Part shown: piece by piece, positions 61,867 through 64,000 of the stretch
How the letters are laid out: each line of letters begins with the position of its first letter
Position numbering within the stretch: the stretch's first letter is position 1
Assembly: GCA_036172245.1 (NCBI GenBank)
Contig: JAYWIR010000047.1
Span: forward strand, 682,001 to 746,000
Source of the DNA: Raillietiella orientalis
Lineage: Eukaryota
DNA length: 64,000 nucleotides
Reading direction: 5' to 3'
The notes under the pieces: generated by a model
Database searches by the model: none
The model's input: the letters and a program-made list of their open reading frames with translations, nothing else
Told to the model about the DNA's origin: nothing
Made by a program: the position numbers and the translations under genes

Positions 61867-64000
61867 GAACAGTGCACTTCTACTGCTACTATAGAAACTT
61901 CCCGTTGGAAACACAAAACATTTTCAAGATCTGCTGCGCTCTACATCTTCCCATTAATTTTGTACGTGGTGAAGTTTCCACCACTTTTTTTTTTTTTTGC
62001 CCATCCATTTCTTGCTCAGTTTGCGCGTGTGTGCTTTGGATGACAGCGTGTTCCTTCCATAGAAATAGATTCTTTTCCCGATGCACTCGGTTGTGTTCCA
62101 CAAAAATCCGCAGCTCGCAATTAGAAAACCGTCCGCCGTTGGCCTGATAATTTTAGGCAGGCTACGAAACGGTTGCCATGCTAACGTGCTGAGCATTGTT
62201 TAAAACGAAATAACGGAAAAAAATTCCTTCGAAGGAAATGCAGCCGAAACGAAGAGATGCCACTTGCTCGAATCACATGGATGCGAAAATGCTCACGAGA
62301 GATTTTTTTTCTCCTTCTTCTTCGATACTACGAGTATACAAAAATGGTCCCGTTACAGCATCAGCCACTTCGCATATCCAAATTTTATTTCCGCTCGAAG
62401 ATCACGTCTCGACGACCTTTGATTAGTCAATTAGCAGAATGTAAACCTCTGAAACTCTTCGTATTCCAAGGCAAAACCGACGGCGGGAAAGCATCTTTTC
62501 GGTGGCTCGCCCCCCCCCCTCCCCCATCCGAGGGATCACCTTCCGTAGAGAGAGTCCTCCTAATAGCCTGCTTTTTCGAATTTTTCCATGAGATGTACTC
62601 GCGGTAGAATCCTCAGGAATTTCCAGGCCGTAGCCATGGAACCGAATAAGTAGGGGGAGGAGGGAAAAATCTCCGCTCGAATGGGTTCAAGACCGATTTC
62701 ATTATAATTATAGGCAGCACCAACATTGAGGTTGTTTATGGAAACGTATTTGAAACGACCATTTTTACGTATATAAGACTTACTGCCGTCCTTAATGAGA
62801 AAGCGGAAAGGGAAGATTCCGTTCGTGGCTGTGATTAGCAACAATGGTACAGAGGCTCCGTCGTCACGGTGAGCATCTGGGCAAGGCGCACCAGAGGATC
62901 AAGCAAGGATGTACTCTTTTCACTTCATCCCAGGGGCCGTGTCAAAGGATGAATGTTTACGACGACATGCCACTGCATACTGCTGCTGCCGCAAACAAAA
63001 ATTAAGGAAGGAAAGGAGGGTAAACCATAACGAAAACTGCTCTGTGGGAGGACTCTGTAGCGAATCACCACAGAGAAGCACTGGCGAACTAAAACTCAAC
63101 CATCAACAGAAACGAATATTGAGGAGTGCTATTAACGCAGCCCATCTAATACTCGACCAAAATCCGGAAGGGATCCCAATTCTTCCCAAAGTTTTGGAAG
63201 TGGGTGTTTCTTGGAAGAAAGAATGCGCGATATGGAAAGTGAAAGATGATCACAGCTTGTGATCCATCCATTGAATCGACAGTTTCCAAAGTTGTTCTGC
63301 AGAAGATGGAAGCATGAAATCTAATCAGTGCACATGAAAAAGATTTGTGACTGCCTGAACCCTAAGAATTTTTGTAGATTTGTTTTTTCTCTGTTATTCT
63401 TTTTTTTAAAAAAAAAAAAGAAAAAGAAAAAGAAATTGGAACAAATGAGCATCTTAGGGGATTCGCAAAACCATCATCTAAATCAGCATCAGCTTCGAGA
63501 ATGAACAGCAAAAAATCTGAACATCAGAGGAAGGTGAGAGTCCTAACACCGAGGAACCCTCAGGTGTGCTCCTGATGGAATACTGCAGGAAGGACTCGTG
63601 GCCAAAGTCACTGTGCCCACACATGACTCTTTTGTTTGTCTTTTTGCTTGTCCTTCTTTTCAGGGGCCATATGTACAAGAGAAAGTCGTGCGTCTAATAA
63701 CAAGGGGATGCGTTCTTCGAGCATGGTGAACGAGAAAGAGTCTGCAGGCTGAAAATTGCTTGCTTACTCTTTCCAAGTTCGAGTTGGCGCACAACGTGGA
63801 GAAAAGACTGGAACACTTCTTCCACTGAAGGCACCTGGCAAATGCTTACAGACTGAGGCATCTTTGTAGAAAGACCGACTAAACATTGGGTGCTGTCTCC
63901 GTATGGAGGAAAGCATGGGTTCCTGAAAGAGGCCATCAACCCATTCCAACACGGGTGACGAATTCCCGATTTTCTTTTGGAAAATGAAGGAGAGAGGGTG

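Overview
This is eukaryotic, intron-containing DNA, most likely from an arthropod or other ecdysozoan, because it carries an E74B-type ETS gene and a RhoGAP102A-type gene. I reconstructed five spliced genes by hand: the 3' part of a divergent TAK1/MAP3K7-like kinase (+), PTRHD1 (-), a 12-exon ARHGAP6/RhoGAP102A-like gene (+), ALG5 (-) and the B isoform of the ecdysone-induced ETS factor E74 (-). There is also one tRNA-Ser(UGA). The most striking structure is a sharp compositional mosaic. AT-rich, CpG-poor blocks hold housekeeping genes with 40-52 nt micro-introns, and they alternate with very GC- and CpG-rich blocks that hold large-intron regulatory genes. At the first AT-to-GC boundary, the tRNA sits between two 240-bp inverted copies (238/240 identical) of an unidentified, apparently structured element. 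Most ORFs in the supplied track within the GC-rich blocks are spurious. I found no CRISPR array, rRNA or recognisable transposase/RT. Family assignments come from recalled motifs, not database searches.
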